A program made the translations under genes and the position numbers. From assembly GCA_040081625.1 (NCBI GenBank), contig JBEBGD010000077.1, positions 1 to 26,779 of the forward strand: a stretch of DNA of 26,779 nucleotides, written 5' to 3'. Numbering within the stretch: position 1 is the stretch's first letter; the number at the start of each line of letters is the position of its first letter. The notes below the pieces were generated by a model, which saw nothing but the letters and a program-made list of their open reading frames with translations, did no database searches and was not told the DNA's origin. Below are positions 10,385-19,768 of the stretch, piece by piece. The stretch comes from Chthoniobacteraceae bacterium. GTDB lineage: Bacteria > Verrucomicrobiota > Verrucomicrobiia > Chthoniobacterales > Chthoniobacteraceae.

Positions 10385-13015
10385 ATGTCCACGCCCGAGC
10401 GCCGCAAACCCTTTCCCTTCGACCAATTCGAGCCCAAATGGCAGCGCGTGTGGGACGATCGCGCGACCTTTCACGTCGCGAATCCCGGCGAACCGGGCTT
10501 CGACGCGTCGCGACCGAAGTTCTACGTGCTCGACATGTTTCCGTATCCGTCCGGCGCGGGGCTGCACGTCGGGCACCCGGAAGGCTACACGGCCACGGAC
10601 ATCATCGGCCGCGCGAAGAAGCGGCAGGGTTTCAACGTGCTCCACCCGATGGGTTGGGATGCGTTCGGACTGCCGGCGGAGCAGTATGCGATCAAGACCG
10701 GGCAGCACCCGCGCGTGACGATCGCGGCGAACGTCGCGCACTTCAAAGGCCAGCTCCAGCGCATCGGCTTCGGCTACGACTGGCAGCGCGAGGTGAACAC
10801 GACCGACCCGGGATACTACCGCTGGACGCAGTGGATTTTTCTCCAGCTCTACAATGCATGGTGCAATCCCGCGACGGGCAGGGCCGAGCCGATCGAGACG
10901 TATCGCGGCGACGATCCCGACAGCGTGCGTCTCGCCTACGTGAGCGGGGCGCCGGTCAATTGGTGCCCCGAGCTGGGCACCGTGCTGGCGAATGAGGAAG
11001 TCATCGACGGCAGATCGGAAGTCGGCGGACACCCGGTCGAGCGCCGGTCGATGCGCCAGTGGATGCTGCGCATCACGGCCTTCGCGCAGCGGCTCATCGA
11101 CGACCTCGGCACGCTCGACTGGCCGGACTCGATCAAGCTGCATCAGCGCAATTGGATCGGGCGCAGCGAAGGTGCGGAGGTGCATTTCCAAGTCGCCGAT
11201 GCCACCGGGACGATCACCGTCTTCACCACCCGGCCCGACACGCTCTATGGCGCGACCTACATGGTGCTCGCGCCGGAGCACCGGCTCGTGGACGTGCTCG
11301 TGACTGAGGAGCAGGCGACGGCGATCGAGACGTATCGCGAGAAGACCGCGCGCAAGAGCGATCTCGACCGCACCGAACTGGCGAAGGAAAAGACCGGGGT
11401 GTGGACGGGCGCGTTCGCGATCAACCCCGTCAACGGCCAGCGCATCCCGATCTGGATCGCTGACTACGTGCTGCCGGGCTACGGCACCGGCGCGATCATG
11501 GCCGTGCCCGCGCACGACGAGCGCGACTGGGAGTTCGCGCGCAAGTTCGGCCTGCCCATCCGCGAAGTCGTCAGCCCCACACCCACGCTCGGCCTCGGAG
11601 GCAGCGGCGTGTGCGAAGCGGAGCCGCTCGAGTGCTTCGTGGGCGAAGGCTACGCGATCCACAGTGGCCCGCTCGACGGCCTGCCGACCGCGGAAGCGAA
11701 GGCGGAGATCACGCGCCGGCTCGAGGCGGATGGCCTCGGCCGCAAGACGATCATCTACAAGCTGCGCGACTGGCTCTTCAGCCGGCAGCGCTATTGGGGC
11801 GAGCCTTTCCCGATCCTGTGGGAAAATGGAAAGCACCGCGCGCTCGACGCGAGCGAACTGCCCGTCGTCCCGCCGGACCTCGAAGACTTCAAGCCGACCG
11901 GCACGCCCGAGCCGCCGCTGAGCAAGGCGAAGGATTGGCTGCGGTATTCTCCTTCTGCTTCTTCATCTTCATCTGCTTCACCGCGCACGAAGGAAGGAGA
12001 AGCAGAAGCAGAAGCAGACACACACTCGAATGCTACGCGCGAGTCGAACACCATGCCGCAGTGGGCGGGCTCGTGCTGGTATTACCTCCGCTACATCGAC
12101 TCGCAAAACGCCGGGCGCTTCGTCGGCGCGGAGGCGGAGAAATACTGGATGAACGTCGATCTCTACGTCGGCGGCACCGAGCACGCCGTGCTGCATCTGC
12201 TCTACGCGCGGTTCTGGCACAAGGCGCTCTTCGACCTCGGCCACGTCAGCACGCCCGAGCCTTTCCAGCGGCTCGTGAACCAGGGACTCATCCTCGGGGA
12301 AGACGGACAGAAAATGAGCAAGTCGCGCGGCAACGTCGTGAACCCCGACGACGTGATCCTCGAATACGGCGCAGACGCGCTGCGCTGCTACGAGATGTTC
12401 ATGGGCCCGCTCGAGCAGACCAAGCCGTGGTCGATGACCGGCGTCGAGGGCATCTACCGTTTCCTCGCGCGAGTGTGGCGGCTGGCGATGGAGGAAAACC
12501 AGGCCGGTGAGTGGACCGTGAGCGCCGCCGTGCAGGAGATCGAAACTCCGCGCGACATCGCCAAGGTCGTCGCCGCGACGGTGAAGAAAGTCACCGAGGA
12601 CATCGAGGCGCTCGCCTTCAACACGGCCCTCTCGCAGATGATGATCTGCTGCAACGCGCTGACCGGCGCGACCGTCCGCCCCGCCGCTGCGATCCGCACG
12701 CTGCTCGGTGTGCTGAATCCTTTCGCGCCGCATCTCACCGAGGAGCTGTGGGAGCGACTCGGCGGCAATGCGCTCCTCGCCGGGGAGCCCTGGCCGGCCT
12801 ACGACCCCGCGCTTTTGATCGAGGACGAAGTCGAGCTGCCCGTGCAGGTGAACGGCAAGCTGCGCGACAAGATCGTGGTGAAGAAAGACGCGCCCGCCGC
12901 AGAGATCGAAGCCGCCGCACTCGCCGCGCCGAACGTGAAGCCGCACACCGATGGGAAGACGATCAAGAAGATCGTCGTCGTCCCCGGGCGGCTCGTGAAC
13001 ATCGTCGCGGTCTGA
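10385..13015 (+). CDS. leuS: Leucine--tRNA ligase
   Basis: [14 protein letters not shown] (HIGH), CP1 editing motifs TTRPDT and [21 protein letters not shown]-terminal VQVNGKLR. Start is ATG 10385; the longer ORF-track N-terminus is a translation of the heptamer repeat. Confidence 0.97.
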   Translation: MSTPERRKPFPFDQFEPKWQRVWDDRATFHVANPGEPGFDASRPKFYVLDMFPYPSGAGLHVGHPEGYTATDIIGRAKKRQGFNVLHPMGWDAFGLPAEQYAIKTGQHPRVTIAANVAHFKGQLQRIGFGYDWQREVNTTDPGYYRWTQWIFLQLYNAWCNPATGRAEPIETYRGDDPDSVRLAYVSGAPVNWCPELGTVLANEEVIDGRSEVGGHPVERRSMRQWMLRITAFAQRLIDDLGTLDWPDSIKLHQRNWIGRSEGAEVHFQVADATGTITVFTTRPDTLYGATYMVLAPEHRLVDVLVTEEQATAIETYREKTARKSDLDRTELAKEKTGVWTGAFAINPVNGQRIPIWIADYVLPGYGTGAIMAVPAHDERDWEFARKFGLPIREVVSPTPTLGLGGSGVCEAEPLECFVGEGYAIHSGPLDGLPTAEAKAEITRRLEADGLGRKTIIYKLRDWLFSRQRYWGEPFPILWENGKHRALDASELPVVPPDLEDFKPTGTPEPPLSKAKDWLRYSPSASSSSSASPRTKEGEAEAEADTHSNATRESNTMPQWAGSCWYYLRYIDSQNAGRFVGAEAEKYWMNVDLYVGGTEHAVLHLLYARFWHKALFDLGHVSTPEPFQRLVNQGLILGEDGQKMSKSRGNVVNPDDVILEYGADALRCYEMFMGPLEQTKPWSMTGVEGIYRFLARVWRLAMEENQAGEWTVSAAVQEIETPRDIAKVVAATVKKVTEDIEALAFNTALSQMMICCNALTGATVRPAAAIRTLLGVLNPFAPHLTEELWERLGGNALLAGEPWPAYDPALLIEDEVELPVQVNGKLRDKIVVKKDAPAAEIEAAALAAPNVKPHTDGKTIKKIVVVPGRLVNIVAV
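11947..12019. repeat. Hexamer-based palindromic element, copy A, in frame within leuS
   Basis: Shares an identical 28-mer CTTCTGCTTCTTCATCTTCATCTGCTTC and 22-mer AGAAGCAGAAGCAGAAGCAGAC with copy B at 13934-14014. The arms are complementary. Confidence 0.9.
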
Positions 13016-13017
13016 CG

Positions 13018-13425
13018 CTACGGCGGCGAGGGCTGCGCCGGGTTCGGCCCGGGTTGCGACTTGCGCACCACGCCCGCGGGGGCGGGTGGCGCGTCGAGCT
13101 TGCCGCTGCCTTGATCGAGTCGCTTCTGGAACCAGTTCTCCGGCTTGGGCGTCGTGTTCGTGAGCCGGGCGATCTCGGTCTGCGCGGCGACGGCCTGCTG
13201 GCGTGCGTCGTCGCGCTCCCGCACCGCGATGTCGCGCTCGCCGCGCAACTGATCGCGCTCCCGCCTGCCGTCTTCGTCCGCCATGCGCGCCTGCTCGGTC
13301 GTGTCCGCGAGTTGTTGCTCGCTCTGCACGCGGGCGGCTTCGCGGAGCGTGCGCTCATTCTCGTAGGCCCGCCAGCAGAGGAAGGCGGCGGCGCCGAAGA
13401 TCGCGACGAGCAGGAGGGATTTCAT
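13018..13425 (-). CDS. Hypothetical membrane-anchored coiled-coil protein
   Basis: N-terminal hydrophobic helix, E/R/Q/A-rich coiled coil and Pro-rich tail. It fills the gap between leuS and glnB, and a TACGCT -10-like box lies 7 nt upstream. Confidence 0.75.
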   Translation of the reverse strand: MKSLLLVAIFGAAAFLCWRAYENERTLREAARVQSEQQLADTTEQARMADEDGRRERDQLRGERDIAVRERDDARQQAVAAQTEIARLTNTTPKPENWFQKRLDQGSGKLDAPPAPAGVVRKSQPGPNPAQPSPP

Positions 13426-13577
13426 GGCGCGCAGCGTAGTTCACATCCCACGGTGCTGGCAATCCGCGTCGCAGACAAAAGCCCTCCGCCCGTCCCGGCC
13501 CACGCGGCCCGGACTCTCCCCGCAGCTCGCCGCGCGCGCCTTAAAACCACGCTTGCCATTCCCGCCCGACCCGGTAG

Positions 13578-13928
<351 letters not shown>

Positions 13929-13933
13929 ACGAC

Positions 13934-14014
13934 CTCTTCTTCTGCTTCTTCATCTTCATCTGCTTCTTCGGAGGCAGGAAGGAAGGGGATGAAGAAGCAG
14001 AAGCAGAAGCAGAC
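13934..14014. repeat. Hexamer-based palindromic element, copy B, intergenic glnB-uppP
   Basis: Perfect 16-bp inverted repeat CTTCTGCTTCTTCATC (13939-13954) / GATGAAGAAGCAGAAG (13988-14003); arms identical to copy A in leuS. Confidence 0.9.
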
Positions 14015-14026
14015 CGCGTTATCCAA

Positions 14027-14839
14027 ATGCCCGACTGGCTGGTCGCCATACTGCTCGGCTTCGTCGAAGGGCTCACCGAGTTCATCCCCGTGTCCTCGAC
14101 AGGGCATTTGCTGATCGCGGAGCGTTGGCTGGAGCTGGGGGACGATAGCTTTTTCAAGACGGACCTTTTCAACGTGGTCGTGCAGGCCGGCGCGGTGGTG
14201 GCGGTGCTGCCGCTGTTCCGGGAGCGGCTCGCGATGCTCGCGCGCTGGCGCGAGCCGGAGAGCCGAGCGCTGCTGGCGAAGCTCATCGTCGCCTTTGTGC
14301 TCACCGCCATCGGCGGGCTCGTGCTCGAGAAGCTCGACTACGAGCTGACGAAGAATGTCTCGAACGTCGCGTGGGCGCTGATCGCGGGCGGCGTCGGCTT
14401 CATCGTGCTCGAGAAATGGCTGGCGGTGCGCGAGCAGCGGCCGCTGGTGACGTGGCCCTCGGCGATCTCGGTCGCGATCGGCCAGCTCGCAGCGGCGGTC
14501 TTCCCGGGGCTTTCGCGCTCGGGCTCGACGATCATCTTCGCACTGATGTGCGGGACCAATCGCGTCGCAGCGACTGAGTTTTCATTCCTCGTGGGCATCC
14601 CGACGCTGCTGGTCGCGGCGGCGTATAAGATCTTCAAGACCTTCAAGCACCCGGAGCTCAATCACGTCGCGCCCGACTGGCCGATGCTCGCGCTGGCGAC
14701 GGCCGTGTCGGCGGTCGTGTCCTTCGCGGCGGTGAAGTGGCTGCTCGGCTACGTGCGCTCGCACACCTTTATCGGCTTCGGCATCTACCGCATCGTGCTC
14801 GGCTTCGTGCTGCTGTGGTGGCTATGGCCGGGGAAGTGA
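14027..14839 (+). CDS. uppP: Undecaprenyl-diphosphate phosphatase (BacA)
   Basis: GFVEGLTEFIPVSSTGH, PGLSRSGSTI, ATEFSFL, FGIYRI; multiple transmembrane helices. Confidence 0.95.
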   Translation: MPDWLVAILLGFVEGLTEFIPVSSTGHLLIAERWLELGDDSFFKTDLFNVVVQAGAVVAVLPLFRERLAMLARWREPESRALLAKLIVAFVLTAIGGLVLEKLDYELTKNVSNVAWALIAGGVGFIVLEKWLAVREQRPLVTWPSAISVAIGQLAAAVFPGLSRSGSTIIFALMCGTNRVAATEFSFLVGIPTLLVAAAYKIFKTFKHPELNHVAPDWPMLALATAVSAVVSFAAVKWLLGYVRSHTFIGFGIYRIVLGFVLLWWLWPGK

Positions 14840-14883
14840 GGGGTTGCCAGCGCGGCGAAGCGCCGCGTAGTCTTGCCCTCCCA

Positions 14884-15711
14884 ATGTCCCGGACGATCCT
14901 CTGCTTTACCGCCTGGCTCGTGCTCGTCGGCGCCGCGCTGGCTGCGGATACAGCGTCAGTGCGGATCGCCGACTCCTTCGCGCTGCCCGTGGGGCACGAC
15001 AGCGGGAAGAAGTATTACAAGGCGCGCGGGATGAGGCCGAACGGACACCTGGGCGAGGATTGGAACGGCGTGGGTGGCGGCAACACGGACCTCGGCGACC
15101 CGGTCTATTGCACGGCCAATGGGCTGGTCGTCTATGCGCGCGATTTCCGCTCCGGCTGGGGAAATGTCGTCATCGTGCGCCACGCGTATCTCGAGGGAAA
15201 CACCATGCGCTACGTGGACAGCCTCTACGGCCACCTGAACCGCATCTCGGTCAAGGAAGGCCAGCGGGTCGATCGCCTCGACAGGGTCGGCACGATCGGC
15301 ACCGCGCACGGGCAATACCCCGCGCATCTGCACTTCGAGATGCGCAAGGACATCCGCATCGGCATGTATCGCTCGATGTTTGCGCGCGACTACCGCGCCT
15401 ACTTCGACCCGACACAATTCATCGTCAGCCACCAGAAACCCAACGGCGGCTCACGCACGGTCTCCGTGCCGATCAATACCTTTCCAAACCAGTCCGGCTT
15501 CAAAACCGCCACAAAATACGCGGATACCAAACCGACCAAGGGCAGCGATAAACCTTCGCCCACCACCACCGGCGGCAAACGCATCATATTCAGCTCTCAA
15601 CCGCGCTGGAGCGCCGACACGAGCAAGGTCACCAGGAACAGCCCTGTTGCGCCGAAAAAGAAAGGCACCTTCCAGGTGGACCGCTTCGAGGACATCAGGA
15701 AGAAAAAGTAG
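14884..15711 (+). CDS. M23 family metallopeptidase, secreted
   Basis: Signal peptide from ATG 14884; HLGED (HxxxD), GWGNVVIVRH, YGHL, HLHFE (HxH); basic low-complexity tail. Confidence 0.9.
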   Translation: MSRTILCFTAWLVLVGAALAADTASVRIADSFALPVGHDSGKKYYKARGMRPNGHLGEDWNGVGGGNTDLGDPVYCTANGLVVYARDFRSGWGNVVIVRHAYLEGNTMRYVDSLYGHLNRISVKEGQRVDRLDRVGTIGTAHGQYPAHLHFEMRKDIRIGMYRSMFARDYRAYFDPTQFIVSHQKPNGGSRTVSVPINTFPNQSGFKTATKYADTKPTKGSDKPSPTTTGGKRIIFSSQPRWSADTSKVTRNSPVAPKKKGTFQVDRFEDIRKKK

Positions 15712-15738
15712 CCGCCCATTCCCAACCCGCTCACACAC

Positions 15739-17022
15739 ATGATCCCCGCATCGCTCTCCGATAAAACACTCGCCGTCATCATGGGCGGCGGCGCCGGCAC
15801 GCGGCTCTTTCCGCTCACCAAGGAACGCTCCAAGCCCGCCGTCCCGCTCGCCGGAAAATATCGCATCGTCGATATCCCGATCAGCAACTGCATCAACTCC
15901 GGCCTGCGCCGCATCTACGTGCTCACGCAGTTCAACAGCGCGTCGCTGCACAAGCACATCAACTCGAGCTACAAGTTCGACACCTTCTCGCGCAGCTTCG
16001 TCGAGATCCTCGCCGCGCAGCAGACGCCGACTGACTCGAGCTGGTATCAAGGCACCGCCGACGCCGTCCGGCAGAACCTCCGCGACTTCCTCCAGTATCC
16101 CTACGAATACTTTGTCATCCTCAGCGGCGATCAGCTCTACCGCATGGATTTCCGGGAGGTGATGCACCAGCACATCGCCAACAAGGCCGAGCTGACCATC
16201 GCCACGCTCCCCGTCACGCGGGAACTCGCGAGCGACTTCGGCATCCTGCACACCGACTCGGAGCGCAACATCGTCCGCTTCGACGAGAAGCCGAAAGACC
16301 CCGCACTGCTCGACGCGCTGCGGATCCCCGCCGCGCTGCTGCGCGACATGGACAAGCCCGAGGACGCCGAGCTTTTCCAGGCGAACATGGGCATCTACAT
16401 CTTCAACCGCCAGACGCTCATCGACGCGCTCGACAACGACCACGTCGATTTCGGCAAGCACGTCATCCCGGAGATGATCACCAAGGCCCGCGTGCAGGCG
16501 TATCTGTTCGACGGCTACTGGGAGGACATCGGCACCATCCGCAGTTTCTTCGAGGCAAATCTGCTCTGCGCCAGCGCCGTGCCGCCCTTCAATTTCTTCG
16601 ACACCATCGCGCCCATCTACACCCACGCCCGCTTCCTGCCGGCGACGAAGGTCAACGGCGCGCAGGTCAAGCAGGCCATCATCTCCGACGGCTGCATCAT
16701 CACCGACGCGCACATCGAGCGCGCCGTCATCGGCGTGCGCAGCTACATCAGCGAAGGCACCACCGTGCGAAACTCCATCATCATGGGTGCCGACTTTTAC
16801 GACGTGGACAACGCCGCACGCGGCGCCGCGCCCGAAGTGGGCATCGGCAAGAACTGCGTGATCGAGCACGCGATCATCGACAAAAACGCGCGCATCGGCG
16901 ACGGCTGCGTCGTCACCCCCGAAGGCAAGCCCGACCACATGGACGGCGACAACTTCTACATCCGCGACGGCATCGTGATCGTGCCGAAGAATGCGACGCT
17001 GCCGGCCGGGACGTGGGTCTAG
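15739..17022 (+). CDS. glgC: Glucose-1-phosphate adenylyltransferase
   Basis: GGGAGTRLFPLTKERSKPAVP, VLTQFNSASL, WYQGTADAVRQ, LSGDQLYRMD, FDEKP, YWEDIGT. Confidence 0.96.
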   Translation: MIPASLSDKTLAVIMGGGAGTRLFPLTKERSKPAVPLAGKYRIVDIPISNCINSGLRRIYVLTQFNSASLHKHINSSYKFDTFSRSFVEILAAQQTPTDSSWYQGTADAVRQNLRDFLQYPYEYFVILSGDQLYRMDFREVMHQHIANKAELTIATLPVTRELASDFGILHTDSERNIVRFDEKPKDPALLDALRIPAALLRDMDKPEDAELFQANMGIYIFNRQTLIDALDNDHVDFGKHVIPEMITKARVQAYLFDGYWEDIGTIRSFFEANLLCASAVPPFNFFDTIAPIYTHARFLPATKVNGAQVKQAIISDGCIITDAHIERAVIGVRSYISEGTTVRNSIIMGADFYDVDNAARGAAPEVGIGKNCVIEHAIIDKNARIGDGCVVTPEGKPDHMDGDNFYIRDGIVIVPKNATLPAGTWV

Positions 17023-17103
17023 CGACGAACGCGGGAAGGAAGAATTTGCAACCATCCCGCGACCGCGCTTCCTATCGCGCGTTTCAGAAGCGACCGAAAT
17101 AAC

Positions 17104-17811
17104 ATGAAAAATCCGATCGTCTTACTCCTGGAGGATTGCATGACCACCGGCTTCGCGATCGAGCGCACCATCTTGGCGGAGTTGCCGGAAGTGCGGTTGA
17201 TCTGGGCAGAGACCGTGGCTGCCGCTTCGTGGCGATGCGCCGGGTTGCCGATTTCATTGTTTGTCGTGGATATTTTTCTCCCGGACGGCAGCGGTCTCGA
17301 TTTCCTCTGGAACCGGGCCACCACGCATCCCGATGCGAAAGCGATCGTCATGACGGCATCCGCGGTTGCAGAGCACGCGTTTCACGCTGCGGCGCTCAAC
17401 GTCCTGCACCTCGTCGAGAAGCCGATCGCGCCTGCCGCCCTGCTGACGCTGCTCCGGGGTGCCTTGAATTTGTCGGAGCAATCGGAGGGCGGGAAGGATT
17501 TCGGCGCGACGCTCAAGAACGTGACGCCGGCCGATGTCGTCCAGCTCAAGTGCCTGACCCGCGCGACGACCGTCGTGGAGTTCAATTCCGAGGGGCGCAC
17601 CGGGAGCATTCGCATCGAGGAAGGCGAGGTCACCGACGCCGTCGTGGGGGATGTCCACGGGCCCGACGCTGTCTTCGAGATCATCGGGTGGAAGCGCGGG
17701 GAGATGCACGAAAGGCCCTGCGTCGGAATTTTCGAGCGCACGATCAACTGCTCGTGGCAGGGTCTGCTGATGGAAGCCGCGCAACGCGTGGATGAGAAGG
17801 CCGCGACGTAG
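17104..17811 (+). CDS. Response regulator with C-terminal DUF4388/PATAN-like domain
   Basis: REC residues LLED, VVDIFLPDGSG, MTA and EKP; C-terminal F.ATL...DVVQL...G.I.IEEGEVTDA...TINCSWQGLLMEAAQRVDE. Confidence 0.8.
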   Translation: MKNPIVLLLEDCMTTGFAIERTILAELPEVRLIWAETVAAASWRCAGLPISLFVVDIFLPDGSGLDFLWNRATTHPDAKAIVMTASAVAEHAFHAAALNVLHLVEKPIAPAALLTLLRGALNLSEQSEGGKDFGATLKNVTPADVVQLKCLTRATTVVEFNSEGRTGSIRIEEGEVTDAVVGDVHGPDAVFEIIGWKRGEMHERPCVGIFERTINCSWQGLLMEAAQRVDEKAAT

Positions 17812-17885
17812 AGCCGCGACCACGACCTGTTCTTGTCAACCTGCGGAGGCGGCCTATGGCTCCGCGCCTCATCGCCCGACCGTTC

Positions 17886-19001
17886 GTGAACCCTTTCACC
17901 CTTCTCGCCACCGATCCGCATTCCAAGGCCCGCCGCGGCCGACTCGTGACCGCGCACGGCACGATCGAGACGCCGATCTTCATGCCCGTCGGCACGCAGG
18001 CGACGGTGAAGTGCTGCTCGCCCGACGAGCTGCGCGCGCTCGGCGCGCAGGTCATCCTCGGCAACACGTATCACCTTTTCGTGCGTCCCGGCATGGAGGT
18101 GATGCGGCACTTCGGCGGGCTGCACAAATTCATGGCGTGGGATGGACCGATCCTCACGGACTCGGGCGGCTTCCAGGTCTTCTCGCTCGCGAAGCTGCGC
18201 AAGGTCACGGAGGACGGCGTGCAGTTTCAAAACCACGTCGATGGCACGCCGATGTTCATCGGCCCGCGCGAGTCGATGGAAATCCAGGCGACGCTCGGCA
18301 GCGACATCGTCATGCTCTTCGACGAATGCCCGCCGCATCCGTGCAGCTACGATGACGCGGCGAAGTCGCTCGATCTCACGCTGCGCTGGGCCGCCCGCTG
18401 CAAGGAGGTAGAGACGCCGGGGATGAAATTCGGAATCGTGCAGGGGTCGAGTCAAGCGGACTTGCGCCGGCGAAGTGCCGAGGCGCTCGCGGCGATGGAT
18501 TTCCCCGGCTACGCGATCGGCGGCGTGAGCGTGGGCGAGCCGGAGCCGGAGATGTTTGCGGCGATCGAAAACGCGGAGCCTTATCTGCCGCGCGAAAAGC
18601 CGCGCTACGCGATGGGCCTCGGCACGCCGCCGCAGATGCTCGAGATGGTGGCGCGCGGGATCGACATGTTCGACTGCGTGCTGCCGACGCGCCTCGCGCG
18701 CAACGGCACCGCCTTCACCCGCACCGGCACGATGCACCTGAAGAACGCCGCCTTCGCGATGGACGCGGGACCGATCGAGGAAGGCTGCACGTGCCCCGCG
18801 TGCCGGACCTTCACGCGCGGCTACCTGCGGCATCTCGTGAAGGCCGAGGAGATCCTCGCGCTGCGGCTGATCACGCTGCACAACCTCCACTTCTACCTGA
18901 ACCTCATGCGCGAGGCGCGGGAGCGGATCGAGGCGGGGACGTTCGACGCGTGGCGGCGGGAGTTCGTCGCCGGCTACCGCGTTCATCACGCGCCCGAGTA
19001 G
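17886..19001 (+). CDS. tgt: Queuine tRNA-ribosyltransferase
   Basis: TPIFMPVGTQ, ILGNTYHL, TDSGGFQVFSL, FDEC, FGIVQG, GGVSVGE, DMFDCVLPTR and Zn site CTCPAC...H. Start is GTG 17886 or ATG 17856. Confidence 0.96.
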   Translation: MNPFTLLATDPHSKARRGRLVTAHGTIETPIFMPVGTQATVKCCSPDELRALGAQVILGNTYHLFVRPGMEVMRHFGGLHKFMAWDGPILTDSGGFQVFSLAKLRKVTEDGVQFQNHVDGTPMFIGPRESMEIQATLGSDIVMLFDECPPHPCSYDDAAKSLDLTLRWAARCKEVETPGMKFGIVQGSSQADLRRRSAEALAAMDFPGYAIGGVSVGEPEPEMFAAIENAEPYLPREKPRYAMGLGTPPQMLEMVARGIDMFDCVLPTRLARNGTAFTRTGTMHLKNAAFAMDAGPIEEGCTCPACRTFTRGYLRHLVKAEEILALRLITLHNLHFYLNLMREARERIEAGTFDAWRREFVAGYRVHHAPE

Positions 19002-19763
19002 TCACTTCATCGCGCACAGATCCGCCACTTCCGCCCGGGTCGAAGGGCGCGTGAGCATCGAGGCGAGGTAGGCGTCGCTCTTCGGGAGGCGCGCGAGACT
19101 CTCGAGCGCGTCGGGGTGCTCGAAGCGGGAGAAGACGGCCCACTTCACGTCGGTGCGCGGGACGCTGCGGCGACCGTAGCCGCCGGGGGTGTTGCTCGAC
19201 CAGAAGATCACGTCGTCCGCGTCGGCCTCGAGGAAGACGACCGAGTGGCCGCGCTCGCGCTGGCCGATCTCGGTGTTCCACCAGATCTTCATGAAGTCGC
19301 CCGGCCGCGCCTGCGCCCAGTCGGTGAAATTGCGCCCGAGCCCGGCCTCGGCGAAGAGCCGCGCGGTGCCGGGGCCGTTCGCATTCCAGCGGCCCCACAC
19401 GCCTTCGCCATCGTGCTGGCCGCGCACGAGCAGCGCCTGGAGCGGCTCGCGGGCGGGCGCGATCGAGCCGCGACGCATGAGCCGGTCGATGACATCGACG
19501 AAGACCAGATACGTCGCGCCGGAGCAGTAGCTCGGCTGCGCGACGCGCGGAGCGAGCACGAGGCCGCGGGTGTCGAGCTGCACGGCGGCGCCGAGGCGCT
19601 GGTTGGCCTGCGCGCTGGTCGAGTAGCTGCCGCCACGGGGCATCCGGTCGATGGCTTCGAGCACGAGGCGGTTCAAGTCCGACCCGCCACCGGTGTGGAC
19701 ACGCGGCTGCTGCGCACGGGCACATGCGGCGAGCAGGAAAATGGACAGCACACGCAGGAGCAT
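19002..19763 (-). CDS. Secreted hypothetical protein, possible NlpC/P60-like Cys-His hydrolase
   Basis: The real gene is the 3' part of ORF 19002..20354. Signal peptide MLLRVLSIFLLAACARA; motifs SYCSGATY, PGDFMKIWW, GHSVVF. An alternative GTG at 19772 overlaps the ubiE stop. Confidence 0.75.
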   Translation of the reverse strand: MLLRVLSIFLLAACARAQQPRVHTGGGSDLNRLVLEAIDRMPRGGSYSTSAQANQRLGAAVQLDTRGLVLAPRVAQPSYCSGATYLVFVDVIDRLMRRGSIAPAREPLQALLVRGQHDGEGVWGRWNANGPGTARLFAEAGLGRNFTDWAQARPGDFMKIWWNTEIGQRERGHSVVFLEADADDVIFWSSNTPGGYGRRSVPRTDVKWAVFSRFEHPDALESLARLPKSDAYLASMLTRPSTRAEVADLCAMK

Positions 19764-19768
19764 GGCGT

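Noticed and set aside
17886..19001. tgt as a DNA-modifying DpdA or queuine-salvage variant
   Set aside because: It has canonical bacterial preQ1-type pocket motifs (DEC, GGVSVGE) and no dpd genes nearby.
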